From Candidatus Babeliales bacterium (GTDB lineage Bacteria > Babelota > Babeliae > Babelales > JANWKD01), in NCBI GenBank assembly GCA_963762115.1, contig CAVXJH010000003.1:448001-512000 (forward strand): 64,000 nucleotides of DNA, given 5' to 3'. Positions 1 through 9,700 of the stretch are shown piece by piece; position 1 is the first letter of the stretch; the number at the start of each line of letters is the position of its first letter. The position numbers and the translations under genes were made by a program. Under the pieces are notes generated by a model that did not search any database, was not told where the DNA came from, and saw only the letters and a program-made list of their open reading frames with translations.

Positions 1-867
1 ATACTCAGTAGTATTCTTTTCTTGTATGCTTATTCATCACTCGGCATGGAACAAGAACAACAATGGAATCCTCGTGAATATGAAAAAAATGCTTTGCATC
101 AAAATGAGGCTGCCAAAAAATTATTTTCATCAATCGAAACTGAATTAACTGGCAGTGAATCAATTGTTGATTTGGGATGCGGCCCAGGAATCATCACCGC
201 TTATATGGCGCAAAAAACTCATGGGCATGTTACAGGTATTGATATATCCTCCGACATGATCGATTATGCTCAAAAAAATTATCAAGAAATAAGAAATCTT
301 ACCTTTTCTAAACAAAATGCCAAAACCATTAGCAAAAAAAATATTGATATCATTACCGCCTTCTCTTGCTTACATTGGATAAAAAAACAACGAAAAATGT
401 TTCAATCAATCTCATCGTGCCTAAAAAACAATGGGCTTTTTCTTGCCACCATTGCCTACAAAAGTTCTCATCAAAACACCTTATTTGATGCTTTTCAAAA
501 AGCAATTCTTTCTGAGCGATGGAAATCTTATCTTAAGGATGAATATCTCCTTGATGAATATTTATTCCCACAAAACGAAAATACCATTCTACCTCTACTA
601 TTTCAGGTAAAATTACAGAATAGAAAAATGACAGTTCACTCTACAACATTACAATTCAAAAACAAACAAGAATATACCGATTGGCTTAACAGTTGGATTT
701 GGGCTTTTCCCTTTTTATGCACAATTCCCTATAGGGAAAAAGACAATTTTTTAGAAGATGTCATTGAGCGTTATTGTTTTAATCAACAAATTTCTGGCAA
801 GAACCCCTTAGAATATGAATATTCAACCTTGCATATTATTGCACAAAAAATATGCAGACACTATTAA
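1..867 (+). CDS. Class I SAM-dependent methyltransferase (Tam-like), 5'-truncated by the window, with an apparent signal peptide
   Basis: VDLGCGPG motif I, GIDIS motif II, FSCLHW. The frame is open from base 1 (ILSSILFLYAYSSLG-MEQ). Confidence 0.85.
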   Translation: MLSSILFLYAYSSLGMEQEQQWNPREYEKNALHQNEAAKKLFSSIETELTGSESIVDLGCGPGIITAYMAQKTHGHVTGIDISSDMIDYAQKNYQEIRNLTFSKQNAKTISKKNIDIITAFSCLHWIKKQRKMFQSISSCLKNNGLFLATIAYKSSHQNTLFDAFQKAILSERWKSYLKDEYLLDEYLFPQNENTILPLLFQVKLQNRKMTVHSTTLQFKNKQEYTDWLNSWIWAFPFLCTIPYREKDNFLEDVIERYCFNQQISGKNPLEYEYSTLHIIAQKICRHY

Positions 868-910
868 TTATTCCTAATTGAAACTTTTTAAATAATATAT
901 AAATGTATTA

Positions 911-938
911 TTGTAAAAAAATGGTTTTGAGCTATACT
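911..938 (+). promoter_or_regulatory. Putative sigma70 promoter of the GH1 gene
   Basis: TTGTAA-N16-TATACT, 45 nt upstream of the ATG. Confidence 0.4.
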
Positions 939-983
939 TTATACTAAATGCGTAGGTTAACCTTTCAATAAAAGAATATTAGT

Positions 984-2513
984 ATGAAAAAAATAATTTC
1001 CCTTGGTTTTCTCTTAATCGTCCCCTGTATTACCCAAAGCACAACGCTGAAATCTTTCAATAAACTTCCTGCAATTGGGCTTAGCACCCTAGAAAAAAAC
1101 CCTTATACCATTGCCGCATTAGCTTCATCAATTGTAGCTGGTACTTCTTGGTATTATCTCAATGATTATGAAGAACGCTGGGACTGGGAAAAAATTACTA
1201 TTGGCGACCTCATATTTCCTTCTGAATTTAAATGGGGATCTGCATCATCTGATTTACAAATTTCTGGCGTCCAAACAGCCCACAACCAAAAAATTCAAAA
1301 TAATTGGACTAACTATGAAGATAAAAAGAATATTCCTGAAGAAAAAAGAATGGGAATTGCCTGCGGCCACTGGGATCGTTATAAAAATGATTTTGCTTTA
1401 GCAAAAGATTTTGGCTTACAAGTATTCCGTTACTCTATTGAATGGAGTAAAATTCAGCCTCATAAAAATGATGAATTTGATGAAGATGCCATGCAACATT
1501 ATATTGACTATACAAAGGCGTTAATTGATGCTGGCCTTGAACCAATGCCTACCCTTTTTCATCATGCTTGGCCACTTTGGTTTGATGAACTTGGTGCATT
1601 TGAGAAAGCAGAAAATATTGAATATTTTGTACAATTTGCACTCTATGTTTTTGAAGCATTTAAAAAAGCAGGATTACTTGAACACACAAAGTTATGGCTC
1701 ACCTTCAATGAACCTGCTGGTTATGCTGCCGGTGCCTATATTGACGGCAGATATCCACCAAATAAAAAATATGCTGTACTGCAATGTGGCACTGTTCTGA
1801 AAAATATGCTCGATGCCCATTGTGAAATTTATAAAAAATTTAAAGAAATTGATCAAACAGTTCAAATCAGTCTTGCGCATGCCGCAGTACCCGTGCAACC
1901 GTATAATCCTTGGAATCCTCTTGATCATACTGCTAAAATATTCAATTATCTGGTTAATACTGTCACCCTTGAATATCTCTCATCAGGAAACTTTGTTTGG
2001 CTTTGTAGTTTTACTAAAACAAATCCCAATGCCAAAAATACACTCGATTTCATTGGCGTCAATTATTATAGTCACACGCTCATCAGTTGGTTTAAAGAAA
2101 AAAACCGACCTTTTGAGATCAGTGCGGATTTAGTAGAAGGCAAACGAGGAAAAACGCTCTACGCAGAAGGTTTCTATTATGCATTGAAAAATGTTGCACA
2201 CTATTTCCCTAATTTGCCTATTTTTATCACAGAAAGTGGCTTTGCAACTGATAATGTTGAAAATAGAAAATTATATATTGATCGTCATCTTTATGTTCTT
2301 AAAAAATTAATCGATGAAGGCATGCATATCATGGGATATTTATGGTGGACCTTTTTAGATTGTTATAGTTGGAACAAAGGAAATGGGAGTAAACACGGCA
2401 TTTTCCACGTTGATTTTACTGATGCGAACTTACCAAGAACACTCAAAGAAAGTTCAATACATCTTAAAGACGTTATTGCACATAATAAAGAATGGCATGC
2501 GCATAATTGCTAA
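984..2513 (+). CDS. Glycoside hydrolase family 1 (beta-glucosidase-like) with N-terminal signal/anchor
   Basis: FPSEFKWGSASS, FRYSIEWSKI, TFNEP acid/base, FITESG nucleophile, GYLWWTFLD. Confidence 0.9.
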   Translation: MKKIISLGFLLIVPCITQSTTLKSFNKLPAIGLSTLEKNPYTIAALASSIVAGTSWYYLNDYEERWDWEKITIGDLIFPSEFKWGSASSDLQISGVQTAHNQKIQNNWTNYEDKKNIPEEKRMGIACGHWDRYKNDFALAKDFGLQVFRYSIEWSKIQPHKNDEFDEDAMQHYIDYTKALIDAGLEPMPTLFHHAWPLWFDELGAFEKAENIEYFVQFALYVFEAFKKAGLLEHTKLWLTFNEPAGYAAGAYIDGRYPPNKKYAVLQCGTVLKNMLDAHCEIYKKFKEIDQTVQISLAHAAVPVQPYNPWNPLDHTAKIFNYLVNTVTLEYLSSGNFVWLCSFTKTNPNAKNTLDFIGVNYYSHTLISWFKEKNRPFEISADLVEGKRGKTLYAEGFYYALKNVAHYFPNLPIFITESGFATDNVENRKLYIDRHLYVLKKLIDEGMHIMGYLWWTFLDCYSWNKGNGSKHGIFHVDFTDANLPRTLKESSIHLKDVIAHNKEWHAHNC

Positions 2514-3871
2514 CCAATTGAATTTTCCATTTCTAGTGCAATAAGACGATTAATTTCAACCGCATATTCCATTGGCAACAACTTCACAAAAGCATCGATA
2601 AAACCATTAACCAGCATTGCTTGTGCTTGTGCTTGCGTAAAACCACGACTCATGAGATAAAATAGCTGTTCTTCGCTTATTTTATTCACCGATGCTTCAT
2701 GACACATTTCAACACCTTGTGATTTCACGTCAATTGTTGGATAAGTATCAGTACGTGATTGCGCATCAAGCAATAAAGCATCACATTGCACTTTTGATTT
2801 TACTGCTTTTAAATGTGGCAAAATCTTAAGCAAACCTCGATAACTTGAACGACCACCTTCTTTACTTATTGATTTTGCAACAATCGTTGAACGCGTATTT
2901 GAGGCACAATGAATTATTTTGCCGCCAGAATCTTGATGCTGTCCTCGCCCAGCAACGGCAATCGAAATAATCTCACCTTGCGCACCTTCTTCCTTTAAAA
3001 TAATCGCCGGATATTTCATGGTCACCTTACTACCAAAGTTACCATCGATCCAACTCACTCGTGCATTTTTATAAGCAACAGCACGCTTGGTAACTAAGTT
3101 ATATACATCAGATGACCAATTTTGAATAGTTGTATAGGTTACTTTCGCTCCTTCATGCGCAATAATTTCCACAACGGCACTATGCAATGCATTGCGGGAA
3201 TAGATAGGTGCACTACAACCTTCTACATACTGCACAGAACTACCAGGTTCAGCTATAATAAGCGTTCGCTCAAATTGCCCCATACTTTCAGAATTAATAC
3301 GAAAATAAGCTTGTAACGGCATCGTTACCTGCACACCGGCAGGAATATATACAAAACTACCGCCGCTCCACACGGCAGAATTTAATGCAGCAAATTTATT
3401 ATCATGAGCAGGAATTATGGTTGCAAAATATTTTTTAAAAAGTTCTGGGTGATTTTTTAATCCTTGTGACATATCACAAAAAATCACGCCCTGATTTGCC
3501 CATTCTTCTTTTAAACTTTTATAAATGACCTCTGAATCAAATTGTGCACCAACACCAGCCAAAAATTCTTGTTCAGCTTGCGGAATACCAAGAGCATTAA
3601 AAGTGTTTTTTATATTTTCGGGAATTGATTGCCAAGTAGTATGTTGTTTTTCAAGGGGCTTAACATAATAATGAATATCATGTGCTTCTAAAGCTGAAAG
3701 ATCTGCGCCCCATGTTGGCATTGGCTTTTGCTCAAAAATTTCTAATGCTTTTAAGCGAAATTCGAGCATCCACGCAGGTTCATTTTTTTGTGCAGAAATA
3801 TTTTTAACCATTTCTGCATTTAGTCCCTTGGGTGATTTATAATAATTATTTTGAAATTCTGATTCATTCAT
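2510..3871 (-). CDS. sufB: Fe-S cluster assembly scaffold SufB
   Basis: FAALNSAVWSGGSF, GQFERTLI, YVEGCSAP, LHSAVVE, TMKYP, HEASV, QLFYLMSRG. Confidence 0.97.
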   Translation of the reverse strand: MNESEFQNNYYKSPKGLNAEMVKNISAQKNEPAWMLEFRLKALEIFEQKPMPTWGADLSALEAHDIHYYVKPLEKQHTTWQSIPENIKNTFNALGIPQAEQEFLAGVGAQFDSEVIYKSLKEEWANQGVIFCDMSQGLKNHPELFKKYFATIIPAHDNKFAALNSAVWSGGSFVYIPAGVQVTMPLQAYFRINSESMGQFERTLIIAEPGSSVQYVEGCSAPIYSRNALHSAVVEIIAHEGAKVTYTTIQNWSSDVYNLVTKRAVAYKNARVSWIDGNFGSKVTMKYPAIILKEEGAQGEIISIAVAGRGQHQDSGGKIIHCASNTRSTIVAKSISKEGGRSSYRGLLKILPHLKAVKSKVQCDALLLDAQSRTDTYPTIDVKSQGVEMCHEASVNKISEEQLFYLMSRGFTQAQAQAMLVNGFIDAFVKLLPMEYAVEINRLIALEMENSIG

Positions 3872-3888
3872 GCGATAACTATTAAATC

Positions 3889-4317
3889 CTAATTATCAGA
3901 TTCTGATTCGGATACAGGTTCAATATATACAAACTTATCATCGAAATATACTCTTGAATTTCCAGGGGCAGTGAATGTAGCAGGTTTCATCATGTAACGC
4001 CATATCCCATAACCCAAAGCAGTAACACCAGCCAAAAGACTCGAATCACGGATCATTGGTCCCCATATTTCAGGATCTTCATGAAATTTATTGGCAATAT
4101 GATATATAACACCGCCGATTGTTGCGCAAATCATACCGGTTTTAAACACCGAAGCAACCGCTTCTTGCGTATTCATGTTATTTTTTTGTTTAATTTTTTT
4201 TTCTATAAAACTTGAAGATTTCTTTTTTTGGCCTGCTTCATCCATTGAAAAACTTTCAGAAGCAACAAACAAAATAACAAAACACATTATAATACTGTAA
4301 TACAAATTTTTAATCAT
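3889..4317 (-). CDS. Hypothetical exported/membrane protein lying between sufC and sufB
   Basis: ATG at 4317 just after the sufC stop; signal peptide, Lys-rich stretch, two hydrophobic segments. Confidence 0.7.
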   Translation of the reverse strand: MIKNLYYSIIMCFVILFVASESFSMDEAGQKKKSSSFIEKKIKQKNNMNTQEAVASVFKTGMICATIGGVIYHIANKFHEDPEIWGPMIRDSSLLAGVTALGYGIWRYMMKPATFTAPGNSRVYFDDKFVYIEPVSESESDN

Positions 4318-4318
4318 T

Positions 4319-5047
4319 TTATAACTCCGTATAACCTTGTTGATCAATTTTAAAGGCAAGATTTTTATCACCACTTTCAATAATTTTACCATTTCGCATG
4401 CTGTGCACAACATCAGGAACAATATAATTGAGTAATCGTTGATAATGAGTGATTATCAACAGTATTAATTCTGGGTTTTGCTCACGCGCAACGATAATGC
4501 CATGTGCCACTTGCGCAAGTGCATCAACATCAAGCCCAGAATCAATTTCATCAAGAATGGCCACTTTTGGTTTTAGCAAGAGCATTTGCAATAATTCAAA
4601 CCGCTTCTTTTCACCACCCGAAAAACCTTCATTGAAATTGCGTTGCGCAAATGCACGATCAATGTGCAACAAATCCATTGCATCAAAAAGTATTTTCTGA
4701 AATTCAGAAACTGAAATATGTTGCTTTGCTATAATTGAATACGCTTCTTTCAAGCAGGTAAAAACTGAAACGCCGGGTAATTCATAAGGATATTGAAAAG
4801 CCAAAAACAAACCTGCTTGCGCACGCTTATCTGGCGATAGCGTTGTTAATTCTTGATCATCCAAAAAGATACTGCCACTCGTGATTGCATACCGCGGATC
4901 ACCCATAAGCGCATGAGCTAAAGAACTTTTTCCTGAACCATTGGGCCCCATGAGAACGTGAATTGATCCAGATTTTAATGTCAGGTTTAAATCTGAAACA
5001 ACTTGAATGTTTTCTATTGAAACTGAAATATTAGAAATTTTGAACAT
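4319..5047 (-). CDS. sufC: Fe-S cluster assembly ATPase SufC
   Basis: GPNGSGKSS, LFLAFQYP, NEGFSGGEKKR, LDEIDSGLDVDAL, ITHYQRLL. Confidence 0.97.
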   Translation of the reverse strand: MFKISNISVSIENIQVVSDLNLTLKSGSIHVLMGPNGSGKSSLAHALMGDPRYAITSGSIFLDDQELTTLSPDKRAQAGLFLAFQYPYELPGVSVFTCLKEAYSIIAKQHISVSEFQKILFDAMDLLHIDRAFAQRNFNEGFSGGEKKRFELLQMLLLKPKVAILDEIDSGLDVDALAQVAHGIIVAREQNPELILLIITHYQRLLNYIVPDVVHSMRNGKIIESGDKNLAFKIDQQGYTEL

Positions 5048-5052
5048 GAATG

Positions 5053-5580
5053 TTATTCATGACCATTTTGTGAGGCTGGTTGCTGGGGTATTAATAATCT
5101 TAAAGTTGCAATAAGCTCTTGATTATTGCCCATAGGCTTTTGAAAAAGATAAAATAAAGCAATTGCAACCGCCATTGAACCAGCGCTCGCCGCAGCTGTA
5201 CTTACAATGTGCCATGTATGCGTATTACATTTTTTTTTCTCATGAAATTCAATTGCTTTTGTCGCATTAATTTTATCACGTGTCGCACTTTTGGCGCCCG
5301 GCAAATCGTCGATTTCAATTAATCTATCAACTTCCTGTTGATAAAGTTTAATTATGTCAGGATTTTTCTCTAAATCTTTTTCTAAAGCATCTGGATTCAA
5401 ATATTTATATTTTTCAAATATAATTGATGCCTCTTGTGATTTAGGCGATTCACTATTTTTTTCTTCAGTAGTAAATATACCTGATTGATTTGAAGCTTCA
5501 TCATTGGGTGATTGTGCAAAAATGCTAACACCTTGCAACAAAATCATTAAACCAACTACCAATTCATATAATTTTTTCAT
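5053..5580 (-). CDS. Hypothetical exported protein with C-terminal TM anchor
   Basis: 175-aa ORF, signal peptide, hydrophobic segment near the C-terminus. Confidence 0.7.
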   Translation of the reverse strand: MKKLYELVVGLMILLQGVSIFAQSPNDEASNQSGIFTTEEKNSESPKSQEASIIFEKYKYLNPDALEKDLEKNPDIIKLYQQEVDRLIEIDDLPGAKSATRDKINATKAIEFHEKKKCNTHTWHIVSTAAASAGSMAVAIALFYLFQKPMGNNQELIATLRLLIPQQPASQNGHE

Positions 5581-5700
5581 ACTGAATACCTTTTGTTATC
5601 AACACATCTGCAAATTAAGAAAAATACAGAACAATTAATACGAATCGTATTAACAAAACAGTAATAAGTATAAAGAGTTTGAAATATGTTTGCAAAAATA

Positions 5701-6882
5701 TTAACAGATAACACGAACAACTTCTTCCAAGCTAATTATGCCGGCTTGTAGTTTTTCTCGTGCATCATGCAATAAAGGCTGCAAACCATCAGCAAGTGCC
5801 TGTTCTTGAATCGCCTCAAAAAGAGGATTGCGCACAATAAGTGTACGTAACGCGTTACTCATAATTAACAATTCAAAAATACCAATGCGCCCTTTATACC
5901 CAAGATTAAAACAGTGTGAACAGCCAAGACCTTTATAGAGTTTTTGCATATTCACCGCCAATCGTTCTAGTATTTTTAATTCTTGCTCATTTGGTTCTTG
6001 TTCAACACGACAATGTGTACAAATCTTGCGCACTAAACGTTGGGCAAGAACACCTGTCAATGAACTATTAATCAAGAATGGTTCAATGGCCATATCCATT
6101 AAGCGCATAATGGTAGATGATGCATCATTGGTATGCAATGTGCTTAACACCAAGTGACCAGTTAGCGATGCTTCAATAGCAATACGCGCTGTTTGCTTAT
6201 CACGAATTTCACCAATCATGGCAATATCAGGATCTTGTCGCAATAATGCGCGAATACCTCGTTCAAAAGTAAATCCTGCTTCAGGATGAATTTGGCCCTG
6301 CGTTATACCATCAATGTTATATTCAACAGGATCTTCTAGCGTGATAATATTTTTTTCAGCAGAATGTAATGCTGATAGCGTTGCATATAAGGTAGTCGTT
6401 TTTCCTGAACCGGTTGGCCCCGTTACTAAAAAAAATCCCTGCGCGCGAGCAATAAGATTTTTAAATTGTTCTAATATTTTTGGTTGTAACCCTAATTTTT
6501 CTAAAACAATAGTGTGATTTGTGCGATCCAAAATTCTAATAACTATTTTTTCGCCATAAATTGCAGGAAAGGTGGAAACGCGCAAATCAACCGATTTATC
6601 AGCAAGTTGTATGCGAAATTTTCCATCCTGAGGAATTCTTTTTTCTGCAATGTTGTTGTGAGCAAGAATCTTAATGCGCGAAATCACTTGTGCCGCACTC
6701 ATTGCTTCTATCATGGGCTGATCATAAAGAGTACCATCAATGCGATAGCGAACCCTCAATCCCTTTTGCGTTGATTCTAAATGAATATCAGATGCATCAC
6801 GTTCAATTGCTAACGCAATAATATCATTAACACGATCAATAATTGATAAGGCAATAAAAGCTTGATTTTCGCGCTCCAACAT
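5701..6882 (-). CDS. pilB: PilB/GspE-family assembly ATPase lacking its N-terminal domain
   Basis: ASDIHLE, PQDG, GPTGSGKTTTLY, TLEDPVE, LRQDPD, GEIRD, TGHLVLSTLHTN, tetracysteine motif, GYKGR. Confidence 0.93.
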   Translation of the reverse strand: MLERENQAFIALSIIDRVNDIIALAIERDASDIHLESTQKGLRVRYRIDGTLYDQPMIEAMSAAQVISRIKILAHNNIAEKRIPQDGKFRIQLADKSVDLRVSTFPAIYGEKIVIRILDRTNHTIVLEKLGLQPKILEQFKNLIARAQGFFLVTGPTGSGKTTTLYATLSALHSAEKNIITLEDPVEYNIDGITQGQIHPEAGFTFERGIRALLRQDPDIAMIGEIRDKQTARIAIEASLTGHLVLSTLHTNDASSTIMRLMDMAIEPFLINSSLTGVLAQRLVRKICTHCRVEQEPNEQELKILERLAVNMQKLYKGLGCSHCFNLGYKGRIGIFELLIMSNALRTLIVRNPLFEAIQEQALADGLQPLLHDAREKLQAGIISLEEVVRVIC

Positions 6883-6890
6883 ACTCTTTT

Positions 6891-7442
6891 TTACTCTTCT
6901 TCTTTATCAAGCTCTATTTCTTCTTGCGCCAGAGCTCGTGCTTCATCGCGCTCTTCTGCTTCAATATAATCAAAATCATCAGTCACTTGTAAAGAAGGAT
7001 CATAAAATTCTTCTACCGTTTCTATAATATCTTCACCAATACCAACCATAAATTGAATATCGGACGACATATAATTACCAATATTAGGCAACAATGAATC
7101 ATCTTGCGGATCGGCAGCAACAACGACAAGCATGTTGTCATTCAATTCTTGCAAAGGAATAATTTCATTGCGAAGCAAAAAATCGCGAGGAAATTTAATA
7201 ACCAATGAATGATCAAAAAAATGACCTATCACATCAAATGATGGCACATTATAATAGGCACTTAATGCTTTTAATAAATCTTCTTTTTCAACAAGTTCTT
7301 CCTGCAATAAAAAATTATCAAATTCATCTTCCGATTCTGCTTTAAATAATCTTTTTGCATCCTTTGATTCTTGAGGAGTAAAAACCTTATTTTTTTCTAA
7401 GATTGTACAAAGTCCGTCGACAAATTTATCGCCTTTTCTCAT
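6891..7442 (-). CDS. Stand-alone PilB/GspE N-terminal (T2SSE_N-like) domain protein
   Basis: LLKALSAYYNVP, IIPL, LVVVAADP pattern typical of T2SSE_N; immediately upstream of the ATPase. Confidence 0.8.
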   Translation of the reverse strand: MRKGDKFVDGLCTILEKNKVFTPQESKDAKRLFKAESEDEFDNFLLQEELVEKEDLLKALSAYYNVPSFDVIGHFFDHSLVIKFPRDFLLRNEIIPLQELNDNMLVVVAADPQDDSLLPNIGNYMSSDIQFMVGIGEDIIETVEEFYDPSLQVTDDFDYIEAEERDEARALAQEEIELDKEEE

Positions 7443-7451
7443 GCTATTTTC

Positions 7452-7844
7452 CTATCCAACTTTATAACCAATCAAGAAACCTACACTCGCGCTCAAAACA
7501 ATCGGAATATTATTTTTCATCCAATCTAAATAGGCATTACCAACTGTTTGAAAAGTATCCGACTGCTGTATTCCTACCATTGTTTTCAATTTTATCATAT
7601 CTATCGTTATTATTTGAAACGTATTAAGAGCATAAAGCGCTATACAAGAAATCACTATACTCAAAAATAAATAACGCATACACTTTTTGAAAAAAAAGCC
7701 AAAGAAAAAACCCGCACAAAGATATACCATTAAATTCATGACGCCGTTAAATGATAAATCAAATGATTTGATGAATTTTTCCAAATCAAAGGTAGATTTT
7801 ATATGTTCAACCCAGCTTGTTTGCGCTTGTGTTTTGCTTAACAT
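7452..7844 (-). CDS. FUN14-family membrane protein
   Basis: GFFFGFFFKK, hydrophobic stretch, ITID, C-terminal GFLIG pattern. Confidence 0.65.
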   Translation of the reverse strand: MLSKTQAQTSWVEHIKSTFDLEKFIKSFDLSFNGVMNLMVYLCAGFFFGFFFKKCMRYLFLSIVISCIALYALNTFQIITIDMIKLKTMVGIQQSDTFQTVGNAYLDWMKNNIPIVLSASVGFLIGYKVG

Positions 7845-7937
7845 CTGATGAAACCTTTATTGTTAAATAGGTATATTAATAATTCATTGTAATGAGTATA
7901 GCCAGAGGGATACCAAAACGGCAAGAAATTTGCACAA

Positions 7938-7978
7938 AAAAAAAGAGAAATATTTTTTTAGGATATTTCTCTTTTTTT
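7938..7978 (-). terminator. Intrinsic terminator downstream of hup
   Basis: Inverted repeat AAAAAAAGAGAAATAT / ATATTTCTCTTTTTTT with T-tracts on both strands. Confidence 0.7.
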
Positions 7979-7996
7979 ATTTTTTTAAATTACTAA

Positions 7997-8272
7997 TTAC
8001 TTAGCAACCAAACCTTTTAAGGCCTTGCCTGGCTTAAATTTTGGAACTTTTTTAGCAGCAATTTGCATTTTTTTCCCGGTAGCAGGATTAACGCCAACTC
8101 TTGCTTTTCTTTTCATAACAGAGAAGGTACCAAAACCAGTAAGAGCAACTTGTCTATTCTTTTTTAATTCTTCGCCAACAACATCGATAAAAGCTTCTAA
8201 ACAGCGTTTTGTTACTGCTTTTGATTCTTTTGACATTTTTGCCATGCGCTCAACTAACATTGCTTTATTCAT
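7997..8272 (-). CDS. hup: HU family DNA-binding protein
   Basis: MNKA, GFGTF, RKARVGVNPATG, PKFKPGKALK. Confidence 0.97.
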   Translation of the reverse strand: MNKAMLVERMAKMSKESKAVTKRCLEAFIDVVGEELKKNRQVALTGFGTFSVMKRKARVGVNPATGKKMQIAAKKVPKFKPGKALKGLVAK

Positions 8273-8388
8273 AAATCTTCCTTTATCTGATCAGCTATTA
8301 TTACATCAAGTAAACAAGACTAAATTACCTACAAGTACATTAGTATAGGAGAAATATGTTTGTCAAGTTTTACTTGATACAAAAGACT

Positions 8389-8474
8389 TGGTGCCGAGAG
8401 CCGGACTCGAACCGACACGGAGAAACCTCCGAAGGATTTTAAGTCCTTTGCGTCTACCATTCCGCCACCTCGGC
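8389..8474 (-). tRNA. tRNA-Leu(TAA)
   Basis: Minus strand GCCGAGGTGGCGGAATGGTAGACGC...CTTAAAA...long variable arm...GTTCGAGTC...GGCACCA. Confidence 0.97.
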
Positions 8475-8509
8475 AAGCAATTTTTTCAATTTTTTAAATT
8501 TTCAATTTC

Positions 8510-8583
8510 TGGAGGCGGCACCCGGATTTGAACCGGGGATCAGGGTTTTGCAGACCCTTGCCTTACCCCTTGGCTATGCCGCC
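8510..8583 (-). tRNA. tRNA-Cys(GCA)
   Basis: Minus strand GGCGGCATAGCCAAGGGGTAAGGC...CTGCAAA...GGTTCAAATCC...GCCTCCA. Confidence 0.97.
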
Positions 8584-8611
8584 CTCTTTTTTTATTGATA
8601 ATATAACAGTT

Positions 8612-9133
8612 TTATCCTTTAACCGCAAATTCTTCTAACTTTTTCTTTAATTCTTCTACAGAAATAGTTACTACGGCAGGTTCTCCATCATTTTTTTGTT
8701 CTGTCATACCAGGTGATTTTTCAAAATCTTTTAAATAAATTTCTTTGCAAGGACCTTCAACGGCAATACCCACGTGCATCGCTTCTGCCGTACCACCTTC
8801 ATAAGCAAATACATTTTTGAAGCCTAATGTATGCAACATCTGCCATCCTGCAGCGCTTGCGGTACATTTATAATTTGTACAATGTATTACAATTTCAGTT
8901 GCATCTTTATCCCAATGAGATTGCGCATATGATTCAAGATTCTCAAATGGTATGTTGATTGAACCTTTTATATGACAATCATCATAAAATTCTTTATCTA
9001 ATACGTTCACAAGAACGAATGCTGGCTTAACAGCTTCTTGAGTTTCTTTTTGTTCAAATAAGCGGCATGATGACACTAATGCAAGAGTACCACAAACAAT
9101 GCTCAATATTTGTATGTTTTTTATAAAATTCAT
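8612..9133 (-). CDS. Rhodanese-like domain lipoprotein
   Basis: Lipobox-like LVSSC; HIKGSINIP, VIHC active-site loop, GFKNVFAYEGG. Confidence 0.85.
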   Translation of the reverse strand: MNFIKNIQILSIVCGTLALVSSCRLFEQKETQEAVKPAFVLVNVLDKEFYDDCHIKGSINIPFENLESYAQSHWDKDATEIVIHCTNYKCTASAAGWQMLHTLGFKNVFAYEGGTAEAMHVGIAVEGPCKEIYLKDFEKSPGMTEQKNDGEPAVVTISVEELKKKLEEFAVKG

Positions 9134-9226
9134 TTTTTCCTTTCATTGTAGTTGTAACAATTTTTTATATTTCGATCTTCTAGATAAACGTTATTTTTTC
9201 GTCTTAACCTCCATTTTTACTATTAT

Positions 9227-9700
9227 CTACTGTTTCGGATTACTCTTTTCTAAAATTTGATTAATAAATAGAAAATAAGTATGAACTTCGCCTATTATAA
9301 TTTGAGCAATTTCTTCTCGATAAATATGTGATGTCAAATTTCTTTGCTCAATCATTTCTTGCGCTAGGTCACTTTCTTTTTCATTCAATAAACCTATTTT
9401 AGCACACATTCTCATAATATTTTTAGGGCTACTAACATCAATACTTACACCTTGTATTTCTTCAAGATATACTTTGAGATATTTCCAAAGCAAATCAACA
9501 GAATATTCAAATCGTTGAATGACTGAATCTCGCAACCCTAAAACTACCTTATGCATATTAAGCTCAAGAAAATTACTTCCCGATAATTCCTGTTCTTTTT
9601 GAAGCAACAATATTTTATCAAATAAATCTATAGCTTCTTTAAAACTATTCACCGCTTGCATCAAGGTTTCATACTTTAATATTACTTTTTCTCGCTCCAT
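9227..9700 (-). CDS. HEPN ribonuclease toxin (HI0074/HepT-like)
   Basis: RDSVIQRFEY, LWKYLK, RNLTSHIY = RX4HXY. Confidence 0.9.
   Translation of the reverse strand: MEREKVILKYETLMQAVNSFKEAIDLFDKILLLQKEQELSGSNFLELNMHKVVLGLRDSVIQRFEYSVDLLWKYLKVYLEEIQGVSIDVSSPKNIMRMCAKIGLLNEKESDLAQEMIEQRNLTSHIYREEIAQIIIGEVHTYFLFINQILEKSNPKQ

Noticed and set aside
8342..8366. TTGACA...TATACT promoter for hup on the minus strand
   Set aside because: The spacer is only 13 nt, so it cannot be supported as a canonical sigma70 promoter.
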